A stretch of DNA of 64,000 nucleotides, taken from Planctomycetota bacterium (GTDB lineage Bacteria > Planctomycetota > UBA1135 > UBA2386). The position numbers were made by a program, and so were the translations under genes. The stretch's first letter is position 1; each line of letters begins with the position of its first letter. The DNA lies in assembly GCA_035649575.1 (NCBI GenBank), contig DASRJH010000085.1, positions 22,970 through 86,969 on the forward strand, in the 5' to 3' direction. The notes below the pieces were generated by a model. That model was not told where the DNA came from. It saw only the letters and a list, made by a program, of their open reading frames with translations, and made no database searches. Of the stretch, positions 19,623 to 29,023 are shown in pieces.

Positions 19623-20915
19623 ATGCAGCGAACTCTCGATTGCGACGTCGTCGTGGTGGGGGGCGGCCCCGCGGGTGCCGCCGCCGCGGCCCGTCTCGCA
19701 CAGAAGGGCCGTTCCGTGCTCGTGCTCGAGGGCGAACGCTTCCCGCGTTTCCACATCGGCGAGTCGCTGCTGCCGCTCGGCGACAAGGTCTTCGGGCAGC
19801 TCGGCTGTCGCGACCGGCTCGCGAAAGCGGGCTTCGTCCAGAAGTTCGGCGCGCGCCTCGTGTCGCCGTGCGGCACGCATACGGTGCTCTTCGATTTCGC
19901 CTCGCAGAGCAACATCGATCCGCCGTGGACCTTCCAGGTGCATCGCGCCGAGTTCGATGCGATCCTGCTCGAGCACGCCAAAGCCAGCGGTGCGAAGGTC
20001 GTGTTTGGCCGCGCGCGCGACTACCACTGCTCTGCCGACGGCGTTTCGATCGACTTCACCGACGAAGCTGGCCGCAGCGAGACCGTGCGCTGCAAGGCCG
20101 TGATCGATGCGAGTGGGCGCACCGGGCTCGTGGCCAGGCGCGAAGGTGTGCGCATCGTCGATCAGGAGCTCAGGAAGGCCGCCGTCTACGCGCATTTCCG
20201 CAAGGTGCCGGCCGAACCCGGTCAGCGCGCCGGGGACACGGTGCTCGTGTCGCTGCCGAAGCTCGGCTGGATGTGGTTCATCCCGCTCAAGAACGGGATC
20301 ACGAGCGTCGGCGCCGTGCTCGACCTCACCGACTACCAGTCGCGCACGAAAGGCGACGCGGCGGCGATCTTCGCCGAGAGCGTGGCTGCGGTGCCGGCGG
20401 CAGCGAGGTTGCTCGCAGCGGCGGAACGCGTCGGCGAATTCTCGGTCGAGAGCGGCTTCAGCTATCGCGCGCGTACCTACAGCGGCGATCGATGGCTGCT
20501 CGCGGGCGATGCGGGTTCGTTCCTCGACCCCGTGTTCTCGACCGGCGTGCTGATGGCGTTGCGCGGCGGGATCGAGGCGGCCGACGCGGCTGTTGCGGCC
20601 TTCGTGCAGCCTAGGGGCAACCGCGCGGCCGTGCTGCGGCGCTTCGACGCGCGCTTGCACCGCCGCTACTACTTCGTGCGGCGCTTCGTGACCGGTTTCT
20701 ACGATCCGCACACACGCGACATCTTCTTCGCGCCGCGGCCGTTGTTCGGCATGACGCGGGCCGTCACGAAGGTGCTGGCGGGGGGCTTCGATCCGAGTCT
20801 GATCGACCGCTTGCGGCTCGAGCTGTTCTTCCTGGTCGGTCGCTTGCAGCGCCGCTACGATCTCGTGCCGCGGCGCTGCGGCGCGCGGGCCGCGCTCGCG
20901 ATGGAGCGCCCGTGA
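19623..20915 (+). CDS. FAD-dependent oxidoreductase of the flavin-dependent halogenase family
   Basis: GGGPAG, FPRFHIGESLLP, GFVQKFGA, DASGR, WMWFIP and GDAGSFLDPVFSTGV. Confidence 0.88.
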   Translation: MQRTLDCDVVVVGGGPAGAAAAARLAQKGRSVLVLEGERFPRFHIGESLLPLGDKVFGQLGCRDRLAKAGFVQKFGARLVSPCGTHTVLFDFASQSNIDPPWTFQVHRAEFDAILLEHAKASGAKVVFGRARDYHCSADGVSIDFTDEAGRSETVRCKAVIDASGRTGLVARREGVRIVDQELRKAAVYAHFRKVPAEPGQRAGDTVLVSLPKLGWMWFIPLKNGITSVGAVLDLTDYQSRTKGDAAAIFAESVAAVPAAARLLAAAERVGEFSVESGFSYRARTYSGDRWLLAGDAGSFLDPVFSTGVLMALRGGIEAADAAVAAFVQPRGNRAAVLRRFDARLHRRYYFVRRFVTGFYDPHTRDIFFAPRPLFGMTRAVTKVLAGGFDPSLIDRLRLELFFLVGRLQRRYDLVPRRCGARAALAMERP

Positions 20916-21616
20916 AGCGGGTCGCCGGTCCGGTGACGTTCTCGCTCGTCGTGGTCGCGAGCTCGCTGGCCCAGGCCGAACCCGCCGTCGACCCGGCCGC
21001 GATCGCGCGCGCCGACAAGCTGCTCGAAGCACACGCCGAGCAGAGCAAGAAGGTCCAGGTCCTCGTCGCGACCTACGTGCAGCGGCGCACGACCGAGCTC
21101 AGCAAGGAACCGCTGGTCAGTCGAGGGGAGTTCCTGTTCGTGCGCGACCCAGCCTGCGTGGTGTTCCGCGCCACGACGCCGCGCGTGTCCATCGTGCGGC
21201 TTCGAGGGACGACCTACGAGGTCTACCGGCCGCAGAAGAAACAGCTCGAGCGCTTCCACCTCGAAGGGCCCGAACTGGCCGAGGCTCTGTTCGCGGCCAT
21301 CGGCGGCGACATCGCAGTGCTGCGGCGCAACTTCGCGATCCAGGACTGCGTCGCGGATCCCGTCGCTGGCCGCGCGTCGATCCGGCTCGCGCCGCGCACC
21401 GTGCTCGTGCGTGAGCGGCTGCGACAACTGATCATCACCGTGCGCAGCAGCGATGGGGTCCTGTGCGCCGTGGCCTACCGCGACGGCGCGGGCGACCTCG
21501 TCGAGATCGAGCTGCAGGAACCCCGGCCGAACCCGCCCGACCCCCCGTCGGCGGAGTTCGATGTGGGCAAGGACACGACCATCGTCGAGCACGCACCGCC
21601 GAAGAAGAAGGACTGA
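20912..21616 (+). CDS. LolA-like periplasmic lipid/lipoprotein carrier
   Basis: GTGA overlap; signal peptide; ATYVQRR...VSRGEFLFVRDP...YEVYRPQKKQ LolA-like pattern. Confidence 0.65.
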   Translation: MKRVAGPVTFSLVVVASSLAQAEPAVDPAAIARADKLLEAHAEQSKKVQVLVATYVQRRTTELSKEPLVSRGEFLFVRDPACVVFRATTPRVSIVRLRGTTYEVYRPQKKQLERFHLEGPELAEALFAAIGGDIAVLRRNFAIQDCVADPVAGRASIRLAPRTVLVRERLRQLIITVRSSDGVLCAVAYRDGAGDLVEIELQEPRPNPPDPPSAEFDVGKDTTIVEHAPPKKKD

Positions 21617-21854
21617 CGCCGCGCGGCGCGCCGAGCCCTCACATTGGGCTCTTGCGCAAACTTCGAAACCCAGAGTTGGCAGAAGCCGCGCCGATCGACT
21701 AGCATCCGGGCTCGCCGGGCGGTCATCCCGGCGAACTTGGTGGTCATCCTTGCACTGGAGCCGGCGCTGAAACGCTCGGCACCGCGCGGGGTTGGCCTGA
21801 GGCGACAGCTGTATGCATGCCGGCGCTGGTCAGGCGCTGTGCACGGAGGGCTTC

Positions 21855-22724
21855 ATGAAGCAGAACGAGCGTTTTCTGGTCTACGCGGTGACGGGATTCC
21901 TTGCGCTCATCCTCGCCGTGGCCGTCTTGTTCGGGCGCGAGCCAGTTCGGGAGACCGGTGGTCTCGGTGATGGCGGTCCCGGTGCCAGCCCGGTGAGTGG
22001 GGATGCGCCAAAGCATGGTTCGAAGCTGTCGGGCCTGCAGGACATCCTCGGCGCGGGCCAGGACGGCAAGGAAGTTGCCAGATCGAACCCGTCCACGGGT
22101 GCGCCCACGCCCGAACAGGTGGTGCCCGGGCACCCGCTCAACACGGGCGGCGGTCTGCTGCTCGCGCCCGACATCGTGGCCCAGCAGCTCGGGAGCAGCC
22201 GGCGCGATCGCATGGTTCGCTTCGTGCGCGCCAAGGGCGGCGATTCGCTCGACATGCTCGTGCGCCGCTGGTGCGGCGCACGCGATCCGTATCTCGCCGA
22301 GGCCAAGTGCCTCAACGAGGACCTGGTCACGTTGCGCGTGGGCCAGGAAGTGGCCGTGCCGTGGGTCGAGGACGAGGTGCTGCTCGCTGCGATCGAGGCC
22401 CAGAAGCCAAAGGTGCTGCCCGAAACGCGCACCACGGCAGCGAACGTGGACGCGTCGGCCGCGCCTTCGAGCGTGCATCCGGCGTTCGCGGAGCCCGGTG
22501 CCCCGGCGAGCAACGCAGGCAATGCGCTCGCCAGTTCCGCGAGCGCTGGCTCGGAGTATCTGGTCAAGCAAGGCGACAACCTGTGGCGGATCGCGGAGCG
22601 CACCTACGGCAAGAAGAACGCGGCCCGTATGGTCGGCGAGATCAAGAAGGCGAATCCGAGCGTCGACAACCGCCTCGTGCCCGGCCAGAAGCTCGCGATG
22701 CCCGCGGCACCCACGGACGGGTGA
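21855..22724 (+). CDS. membrane-anchored LysM-domain protein
   Basis: N-terminal TM; C-terminal YLVKQGDNLWRIAERTYG...ANP...LVPGQKL LysM, plus a second degenerate LysM. Confidence 0.85.
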   Translation: MKQNERFLVYAVTGFLALILAVAVLFGREPVRETGGLGDGGPGASPVSGDAPKHGSKLSGLQDILGAGQDGKEVARSNPSTGAPTPEQVVPGHPLNTGGGLLLAPDIVAQQLGSSRRDRMVRFVRAKGGDSLDMLVRRWCGARDPYLAEAKCLNEDLVTLRVGQEVAVPWVEDEVLLAAIEAQKPKVLPETRTTAANVDASAAPSSVHPAFAEPGAPASNAGNALASSASAGSEYLVKQGDNLWRIAERTYGKKNAARMVGEIKKANPSVDNRLVPGQKLAMPAAPTDG

Positions 22725-22752
22725 CGATTCTCGGAGGAGGCCAGACCTCGCC

Positions 22753-24117
22753 TCACTTGAGCCCGTAGCGCTCCAGCTTCTTGTAGAGGTTGCTGCGCTG
22801 CAACTCGATCCGCTCGGCGGTCCGCTTGATGTTGCCGCCGAACTCGAGCAGCTTCCGGCGCAAGAACTCCTTCTCGGTGGCGGCGCGGAAGTCCTCGAGC
22901 TTCTCGAAGCGGAACCAGTCGGTGCCCCCGTCCTTGGTGCCGGAGGGACTCGGCGTCAAGACGGCCTGCAGGTCCGCGGCCTCGAGGTCGGCGGACTCGC
23001 CGAGCACAGCCGCGCTCTCGATCACGTTCTTCAACTGCCGCACGTTGCCGGGCCAGGGTTGGGCGGCGAGCCAGGTGATCGCGCTCGGGCCGAGCCGGTG
23101 GGGCGGCAGACCGTTGCGCGCGGTGGCCTGGTCCAGGAAGTGGCGCGCGAGCGTCTCGATGTCGTCCGGGCGTTCGCGCAGCGGGACCAGGTGGATGCGA
23201 ACCACGTGCAGGCGATAGAAAAGGTCCTCGCGGAAGGTCTTCTCTGCGACCATGCGGCCGAGGTCCTGGTTCGTCGCGGCGACGACGCGCACGTCGACGG
23301 GTCGCAGCTGCTGGCCGCCGAGGCGTTGCACGGTGCGTTCTTGCAGCGTGCGCAGCAGCTTCGCCTGCATCGGCAGCGGCATGTCGCCGACCTCGTCGAG
23401 GAACAGCGTGCCGCCGTCGGCTTGTTCGAACGCACCGATCCGCGCCGCGATCGCTCCTGTGAAGGCGCCCTTCTCGTGGCCGAACAACTCGCTTTCGACG
23501 AGGTCTTCGGGGATCGCTGCACAATTGATCGCGACGAACGTGGCATTCGTGCGGCGGGCACGGTGCAGCTGGCGCGCGACGAGTTCCTTGCCGGTGCCGT
23601 TCTCGCCCGTGACGAGGACCGGAACGTCGGTGGGCGCGACCTTGTCGATCACTCCGCGCACGTGTTGCATGGCAGCGCTGCTGCCGAGCAACTGGTGGTC
23701 GGCGGCGATGGCGGCGCGCAGCGCCGAGTTCTCGTGCTGGAGCTTGGCAGCGCGCAGCGCGTTGCGGATCGACAGCAGCACGCGGTCGTTCGCGAACGGC
23801 TTCTGCAGGAAGTCGTAGGCGCCGCGGCGCACCGCCAGCACGGCGGTGTCGAGGTCGCCGTGGCCACTGATCATGACGACCGGCAGCAGGGGCCGCGCCT
23901 CCTTGATCTTGCTCAGCACCTCGAGACCATCGAGGCCCGGCAGCTTCACGTCGAGCAGCACGAGATCTACCGCTGCGTCGAGGGCCGCTGCGAGGCCGGC
24001 CGGACCGTCTGCCGCCTGGGTCGTCTGCCAGCCGTCGTAACCCAGGGCGAAGGCGAGCTCCTCGCGCACGGCGCGATGGTCGTCGACGATCAGGATCGTG
24101 GTGGGCGAAGTGGGCAT
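22753..24117 (-). CDS. sigma-54-dependent response regulator (NtrC/NtrX family)
   Basis: REC domain (IVDD, LLDVKLP), GENGTGKE, ESELFGHEKGAFTGA, FREDLFYRL, WPGNVR and a Fis-type HTH. Confidence 0.93.
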   Translation of the reverse strand: MPTSPTTILIVDDHRAVREELAFALGYDGWQTTQAADGPAGLAAALDAAVDLVLLDVKLPGLDGLEVLSKIKEARPLLPVVMISGHGDLDTAVLAVRRGAYDFLQKPFANDRVLLSIRNALRAAKLQHENSALRAAIAADHQLLGSSAAMQHVRGVIDKVAPTDVPVLVTGENGTGKELVARQLHRARRTNATFVAINCAAIPEDLVESELFGHEKGAFTGAIAARIGAFEQADGGTLFLDEVGDMPLPMQAKLLRTLQERTVQRLGGQQLRPVDVRVVAATNQDLGRMVAEKTFREDLFYRLHVVRIHLVPLRERPDDIETLARHFLDQATARNGLPPHRLGPSAITWLAAQPWPGNVRQLKNVIESAAVLGESADLEAADLQAVLTPSPSGTKDGGTDWFRFEKLEDFRAATEKEFLRRKLLEFGGNIKRTAERIELQRSNLYKKLERYGLK

Positions 24118-24323
24118 TGCACTTGGATATAGCTGTCGTGTTCCCAAAGAGTCAGAGCAGCGCCGCCCCCAGTCCAGAAAGCCCGGTCCAGAAAAAGCCG
24201 GTTCCGAGGGTCCGTTGCCAAGGGCAGCCCCAATCCGGCTGGGAGCACCATGTGTCCGGTGATATCCGCGGCGGGGCAGGTGCAGGCTATCCTTCCTCGC
24301 GCTAGGCACTGTGTTGCGTCCAC

Positions 24324-24351
24324 TTGACGGTCGCCCGTCGGAACATACCAT
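24324..24351 (+). promoter_or_regulatory. putative sigma70 promoter
   Basis: TTGACG-N16-TACCAT upstream of the HEAT-repeat gene. Confidence 0.5.
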
Positions 24352-24487
24352 TCGACAGCCCTTTCCAGCCCAACAGCTGGGGGAGTTCCGGCACCGACTC
24401 GTCCGTACGCCCGCGGTGTCGAACCCCCTGTTTGTCGCCTTCTTCCAAAGACCCCTCCAGCATTCGATTCGCAAGGAGTCCCGTTTC

Positions 24488-26590
24488 ATGGTCCGTTCGT
24501 TTCCTCATTCTCTCCTGGCGGCCGCCGTTGCCGTCATTGTCGGTGGTTCGGCCACAGCACAGGTAACGCCGCTGCAAGAAGCCGTCACCCTGTTGCGACT
24601 GAACAAGCAGGGCGAAGGGCTGCAGAAGCTCCGCGAGATCCTCACTTCGGACCCGTCGAACACCGAAGCGTTGCGCCTCTACCAGTCGGTCTCGCAGGAC
24701 GAGTGGTACATGCTGATGACCACGAAGGGTGAGGTCCAGCAGATCGCGCAGTTGATCCTCGACCGCGCGAAGGTCGAGACGAAACAGCGCTCGCGCGACG
24801 AAGCGGCCATCAACGCGCTCGTCGCGACGGCGACCGCGAAGGACAGCGACCATCCCACGCGCCAGACCGCGATCAACAAGCTGATCGCCGACCACGGTGA
24901 GTTCGCGGTGCCGGCCCTCGTCGCCAAGCTCGGTGACGATGACTCGGAAGGCCAGATCCAGGCGATCTACACGCTGCAACAGCTGGGTGCCGTCGCGGTG
25001 CTGCCGCTCATCGAGGCGCTCAAGAGCAGCATGAACATCGTGGTGCAGAACGCCGCCGCGGCGCTGCATCACATCGGCGACAGCCGCGCGATTCCGGCGA
25101 TGGTGGGCCTCGCCAACGACGTGCGCCCGAGCATCAGCGAGATCGCACGGAAGTTCCTCGCCAAGAAGAGCGCGGGTGGCAACACGGTCGATCTGCTGGT
25201 GGCGCAAGCCCACGACTACCTGAAGGGCGACGTGCCCTACGGCGCTGCGAGTGAGGTCGTGTGGACGCTCAAGGACGACAAGCTCGTCGCCACGGATGTG
25301 ATGCCGCTGCTCTACCCGAGCGAACTGGCCAAGGCCTGCGCGGCCGACGCCGTGCGCATCAACCCGGCGAGCCTGCCAGCGCGCACCATGTTGGTCGAGG
25401 CCAACGTCGCGCAGGCCTACCTGATCGAGACCTCGATTGCGCAGGGCGACGCCGCCTTCAAGCCGCTCGAGCCGGTCGTCGAGGAGCTCAAGATCACGGC
25501 GCTTGCGACCGGCGTCGACGCGATGCGGTCAGCGCTCGACGAGGGCGTCAAGCACGGCATGGCGCCGGTTGCAATCGGTTCGATCCAGGCGCTCGCCAAG
25601 GCCGAGATCATCGGCACCATCGACCAGAGCTCGTTGATCGCTGCGCTGAACAGCAGCGACAAGCGAATCAAGTATGCCGCGGCCCACGCGCTCGTGAGCG
25701 CCTCGGGCGGCGCGCGCGTGCCTCAGGCCGACCGGGTCGTCGCCGTGCTGGCCGATGCGGTTGCCGAAGAGGAGGTGCGCACGATCCAGGTCATCGCCCC
25801 GGCGGTCGACACGGCTGCAGCCGTCGCGAGCAGCAGCAAGGTCCGCGGCTTCGCGATCGACGCGAGTACGAGCGCCGTCAGCGGCATGCACAGCCTGCTC
25901 GTCAACCCGAACGTCGACGTCGTCGTCATCAACGAGATCCTGCCCGACCAGCTTCCCGAGGCCGTCATCGGCAACATCAAGAAGGACCCGCGCATGGCGA
26001 ACACGCGCGTGGTCGTCATCGCCAAGGACGAGGAAGCGGCCAAGACCCGATTCGGCGAAGGCGTGAGCATCGTGAAGGCTCCGCTGACCGGCGAGAACCT
26101 GATCGAGGCAGTCAACAAGGCCCTCGCAGGCTCGACCAATCCCGGCAACGTGCGCGCCGAGGCCTACGCCGCGAATGCCAGCAACTCGCTGCTCGCGTTC
26201 GCCGCCCAGAAGGGCGACATCGGTGCCGCGCTGGCCAACCTGGGGCTGCAGCTGAACCGCGGTGACGCGGTCTCGGTGCCCGCGGCCAAGGCGCTCGGAC
26301 TCGCCGGCGGCCAGGGTCAACTCGCGCCGCTCACGCAAGCACTCGGAGGCGCGGGCAGTCTCGACCTCAAGAAGGCTGCAGCCGAAGCGCTCGGCAACGT
26401 GCTCGGACGCCTCGACCACTGTCCGGAAGACGTCGGCTCGGCGCTCGCAGCCGTGCTGACGAGCAGCGGTGACGTCGGCCTGCGGGCAGCCGCGGCGGCT
26501 GCGTTCGGCAAGGCCAAGATCGACAACGCGAAGAAGGCCGACATGCTCAAGCACCTCAACAAGATCGCAGCCGGCCCGAGCGGCGGCTGA
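24488..26590 (+). CDS. exported HEAT-repeat protein with an embedded receiver-like domain
   Basis: AAGGAG RBS; signal ending ATA|Q; HEAT/PBS-like repeats (AVPALVAKL, AVLPLIEAL, AIPAMV); REC-like segment NVDVVVINEILPD...IKKDPRMANTRVVVI. Confidence 0.75.
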   Translation: MVRSFPHSLLAAAVAVIVGGSATAQVTPLQEAVTLLRLNKQGEGLQKLREILTSDPSNTEALRLYQSVSQDEWYMLMTTKGEVQQIAQLILDRAKVETKQRSRDEAAINALVATATAKDSDHPTRQTAINKLIADHGEFAVPALVAKLGDDDSEGQIQAIYTLQQLGAVAVLPLIEALKSSMNIVVQNAAAALHHIGDSRAIPAMVGLANDVRPSISEIARKFLAKKSAGGNTVDLLVAQAHDYLKGDVPYGAASEVVWTLKDDKLVATDVMPLLYPSELAKACAADAVRINPASLPARTMLVEANVAQAYLIETSIAQGDAAFKPLEPVVEELKITALATGVDAMRSALDEGVKHGMAPVAIGSIQALAKAEIIGTIDQSSLIAALNSSDKRIKYAAAHALVSASGGARVPQADRVVAVLADAVAEEEVRTIQVIAPAVDTAAAVASSSKVRGFAIDASTSAVSGMHSLLVNPNVDVVVINEILPDQLPEAVIGNIKKDPRMANTRVVVIAKDEEAAKTRFGEGVSIVKAPLTGENLIEAVNKALAGSTNPGNVRAEAYAANASNSLLAFAAQKGDIGAALANLGLQLNRGDAVSVPAAKALGLAGGQGQLAPLTQALGGAGSLDLKKAAAEALGNVLGRLDHCPEDVGSALAAVLTSSGDVGLRAAAAAAFGKAKIDNAKKADMLKHLNKIAAGPSGG

Positions 26591-26615
26591 TCCCGTTCCG
26601 CGTCTGCTCCTCGCT

Positions 26616-26645
26616 GCCGGCCGCAACCTTCGGGCTGCGGCCGGT
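26616..26645 (+). terminator. GC-rich hairpin with UUCG loop downstream of the HEAT gene
   Basis: GCCGGCCGCAACC-TTCG-GGCTGCGGCCGGT. Confidence 0.6.
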
Positions 26646-26738
26646 GTCGTTTGGGGGCTCGCTGCTTCCCTGAAGGCGTCCGACGGATCCCGCTGGATCC
26701 CGTTCGCGTGACTCGCTACCCTCCCCCGCCCGTTGTCC

Positions 26739-26814
26739 GCCGATGTAGCTCAGTTGGTAGAGCAATGCTTTCGTAAAGCATAGGTCGAGGGTTCAAGTCC
26801 CCCCATCGGCTCCA
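26739..26814 (+). tRNA. tRNA-Thr(CGT)
   Basis: Cloverleaf: acceptor GCCGATG/CATCGGC, D arm GCTC/GAGC, anticodon arm ATGCT-TTCGTAA-AGCAT, T loop TTCAAGT, encoded CCA. Confidence 0.95.
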
Positions 26815-26896
26815 ATTCGGCGGCTCCAATTCGGCGGCTCCAATTTGGCGGCTCCCACACTTGGCGGCCCCAACCTGGTGGCTGCCATTGGCCGCC
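26804..26896 (+). repeat. decaying ~14-bp tandem repeat derived from the tRNA 3' end
   Basis: CATCGGCTCCAATT, CGGCGGCTCCAATT x2, TGGCGGCTCCCACACT, TGGCGGCCCCAACC, TGGTGGCTGCCAT, then TGGCCGCC. Confidence 0.85.
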
Positions 26897-26980
26897 GAGA
26901 CACACGCCGTCGAAGGCCGTCGAAGATCGGTTCCGCTGTCGCTAGCATTTCGCCTGGTGGTTTCCCAGGGAGTTAATGAA

Positions 26981-27523
26981 ATGGCCAGGTTCATCCAGAT
27001 CGGTGCGGCGCTCGTTTGTTTCCTGGCGGGGGCGTGCAACACGCCGTCGCCGCGGCCCTGGTTGCGGTTCGAGCCGGTGGAGACAGTGAAGGACTGGACG
27101 ACCGATGCAGGAGGCACGCTCGTCGGCCGCTTCCATGGCGCCGACGTCCACTTGGATCTCGCGAACCCCGAGACGCGCGTCCAGGTGACCGTCGGCAACA
27201 ACACGGCCGCACCGATCGAGTTCCGGATCGGGCCCGAGGCCGGTTCGCCCGGTGCGATCGGCGAGGTGCTGCTGCGTCCGATCGACGGACCGCCAGGGGT
27301 CACGGGCCCTCCGATGCTGCCCTATGCCGGCCTGCAGCCTCAGGTCGTAGATGCGGGTTGGCGCGGCACCTTCTACCTCAATGAGCCGCTCGGCCGTGCC
27401 GTGACGCTGGGCCAGACCTTCGTGCTCACGGTCGAGGCGCGCAATGCGTCGGGGGCCGTGCAACGTCGCTCCTTGCTGCTCGCCGCCAAGAACGCCGGGA
27501 CGATACCGCTCGACAAACGGTGA
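26981..27523 (+). CDS. lipoprotein of unknown function
   Basis: GGGAG RBS; MARFIQIGAALVCFLAGAC lipobox-like signal. Confidence 0.7.
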   Translation: MARFIQIGAALVCFLAGACNTPSPRPWLRFEPVETVKDWTTDAGGTLVGRFHGADVHLDLANPETRVQVTVGNNTAAPIEFRIGPEAGSPGAIGEVLLRPIDGPPGVTGPPMLPYAGLQPQVVDAGWRGTFYLNEPLGRAVTLGQTFVLTVEARNASGAVQRRSLLLAAKNAGTIPLDKR

Positions 27524-28989
27524 TGCTGACGTTGGGCGCAATCGATCCTGCCAGCTCGTGGCAGACGATTGTCGTCGCGGTATGGCTCGTCGGTGAGCTG
27601 CTGGCGGTCGTCTTCGTCTACCGCGTGCTGGTGCGCGGAGGGTCGCCGGCGAGCACGCTGTTGTGGATGCTCGCGATCCTCGCAGCGCCTTGGCTCGGGC
27701 TGCTGCTCTACTACCTGTTGCCGCGCCGGCTGCAGCTGCGACGGCTGCGCCGCCTGCGTGTGCGCGGGGAACGGCTGCGCGAGGTGCGGCCGAGCAGCGC
27801 GAGTCGCGGGTTGCCGCCGGTCCTCGAGCGGCATTGGGACGCCGGCTTGCATGCGTTGCTCGCAGGGGACGATGGCACGGGCCTCGTCGGCGGCAACCAG
27901 CTGCGCTGGCTGTCGTCGGGCAAGGAGTTCTTCGATGCCGCTGCCGCTGCGATCGAGCTCGCCGTGCACCACGTGCACTGCGTCGTCTACATCTTCCGCC
28001 CCGACGAGACGGGGCGGCGGTTTCTCGATGCGCTGACGAGTGCCAGCAAGCGTGGTGTCGTCGTGCGCCTGTTGTTCGACTCGATCGGCAGCTTCGGCCT
28101 CTCGGCGTCGCACTTGGCACCACTGCGCGCCGCCGGCGGCCGCGCGGAAGCCTTCCTGCCGCTGTTGTGGAAGCGGCGGCCGTTCACGATGAACCTGCGC
28201 AACCACCGCAAGCTGCTCGTGGTCGACGGCAAACTCGGCTTCGTCGGCGGACGCAACGTGGGCGACGAGTACTTCACCGACCGCGTCGGGCGGAGCCGCA
28301 TCTGGCTCGATGCGATGCTCGAACTGCGCGGCCCCGTCGTGGATCGTTTGCAGGACGTCTTCGTCGAAGACTGGTGCACCGCGACGGACGAAGTGATCGC
28401 GGACATTGTCGTCGCCCCGACAACGGCGCTCGCGGACGGCCTGCAGGTCGGCATCGTGTGCAGCGGCCCGGATCGCGACGAGTCCGACCTCTGGTTCGCG
28501 ATCGTGCAGGCGATCAGCGAAGCGCAGGCCACGATCGAGCTCAGTTCCCCTTACCTCGTGCCGCCGCCGATCCTGATGTTCGTGCTACAGCTCGCCGCGG
28601 CGCGCGGTGTCCGCGTGCGCGTCTACACGAACGGACCCAAGACCGAGGCCGCGATCCTCTACCACGCGCAGCGCAGCCACTACGCCCGCTTGCTCGCGGC
28701 CGGCGTCGAGCTGTACGAGACGGTCACCGAGTACAACCACGCCAAGATGCTCGTCGTGGACGAGAAGACCGTGCTCGTCGGCAGCCCCAACATGGACTTG
28801 CGCAGCGCGCACCTGAACTTCGAGATCGCCGCCGTGGCGGTCGACGCTGGCACGTTGGCCCGCGAGCTGGTGCAGACGATGGAACGCCGTCGCAACACCT
28901 TCCGGCGCATCACGGAAGCCGATCTGCCGAACCAGCCGTGGTGGCGCGCCATCGACGGCATCTGCGGTCTCTTCGCGCCTTTGCTCTAG
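27520..28989 (+). CDS. cls: cardiolipin synthase (phospholipase D family)
   Basis: N-terminal TM pair; two HKD motifs (NHRKLLVVDG, NHAKMLVVD); GGRN, SPY and GSPNMD. Confidence 0.9.
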   Translation: MMLTLGAIDPASSWQTIVVAVWLVGELLAVVFVYRVLVRGGSPASTLLWMLAILAAPWLGLLLYYLLPRRLQLRRLRRLRVRGERLREVRPSSASRGLPPVLERHWDAGLHALLAGDDGTGLVGGNQLRWLSSGKEFFDAAAAAIELAVHHVHCVVYIFRPDETGRRFLDALTSASKRGVVVRLLFDSIGSFGLSASHLAPLRAAGGRAEAFLPLLWKRRPFTMNLRNHRKLLVVDGKLGFVGGRNVGDEYFTDRVGRSRIWLDAMLELRGPVVDRLQDVFVEDWCTATDEVIADIVVAPTTALADGLQVGIVCSGPDRDESDLWFAIVQAISEAQATIELSSPYLVPPPILMFVLQLAAARGVRVRVYTNGPKTEAAILYHAQRSHYARLLAAGVELYETVTEYNHAKMLVVDEKTVLVGSPNMDLRSAHLNFEIAAVAVDAGTLARELVQTMERRRNTFRRITEADLPNQPWWRAIDGICGLFAPLL

Positions 28990-29004
28990 CCGAGCATCCA
29001 GTCA

Positions 29005-29021
29005 TCGCCGCAACGCGGCGA
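29005..29021. terminator. short hairpin between convergent genes
   Basis: TCGCCGC-AAC-GCGGCGA. Confidence 0.4.
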
Positions 29022-29023
29022 CG

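Noticed and set aside
24303..24318. Possible sigma54 promoter AGGCAC...TTGC
   Set aside because: The GG-to-GC spacing is 9 nt rather than the required 10.
26787..26803. A-C mismatch in the tRNA T stem as a sign of a pseudo-tRNA
   Set aside because: A single mismatch with all other arms and the CCA intact; tolerated, or possibly a base-call error in a C run.
26804..26896. Repeat array as a CRISPR
   Set aside because: Units are ~14 bp and directly adjacent, with no unique spacers and no cas genes.
26739..29000. Genomic island integrated at tRNA-Thr
   Set aside because: No integrase or mobile genes; the downstream genes are ordinary (lipoprotein, cls); I noticed no distal att duplicate.
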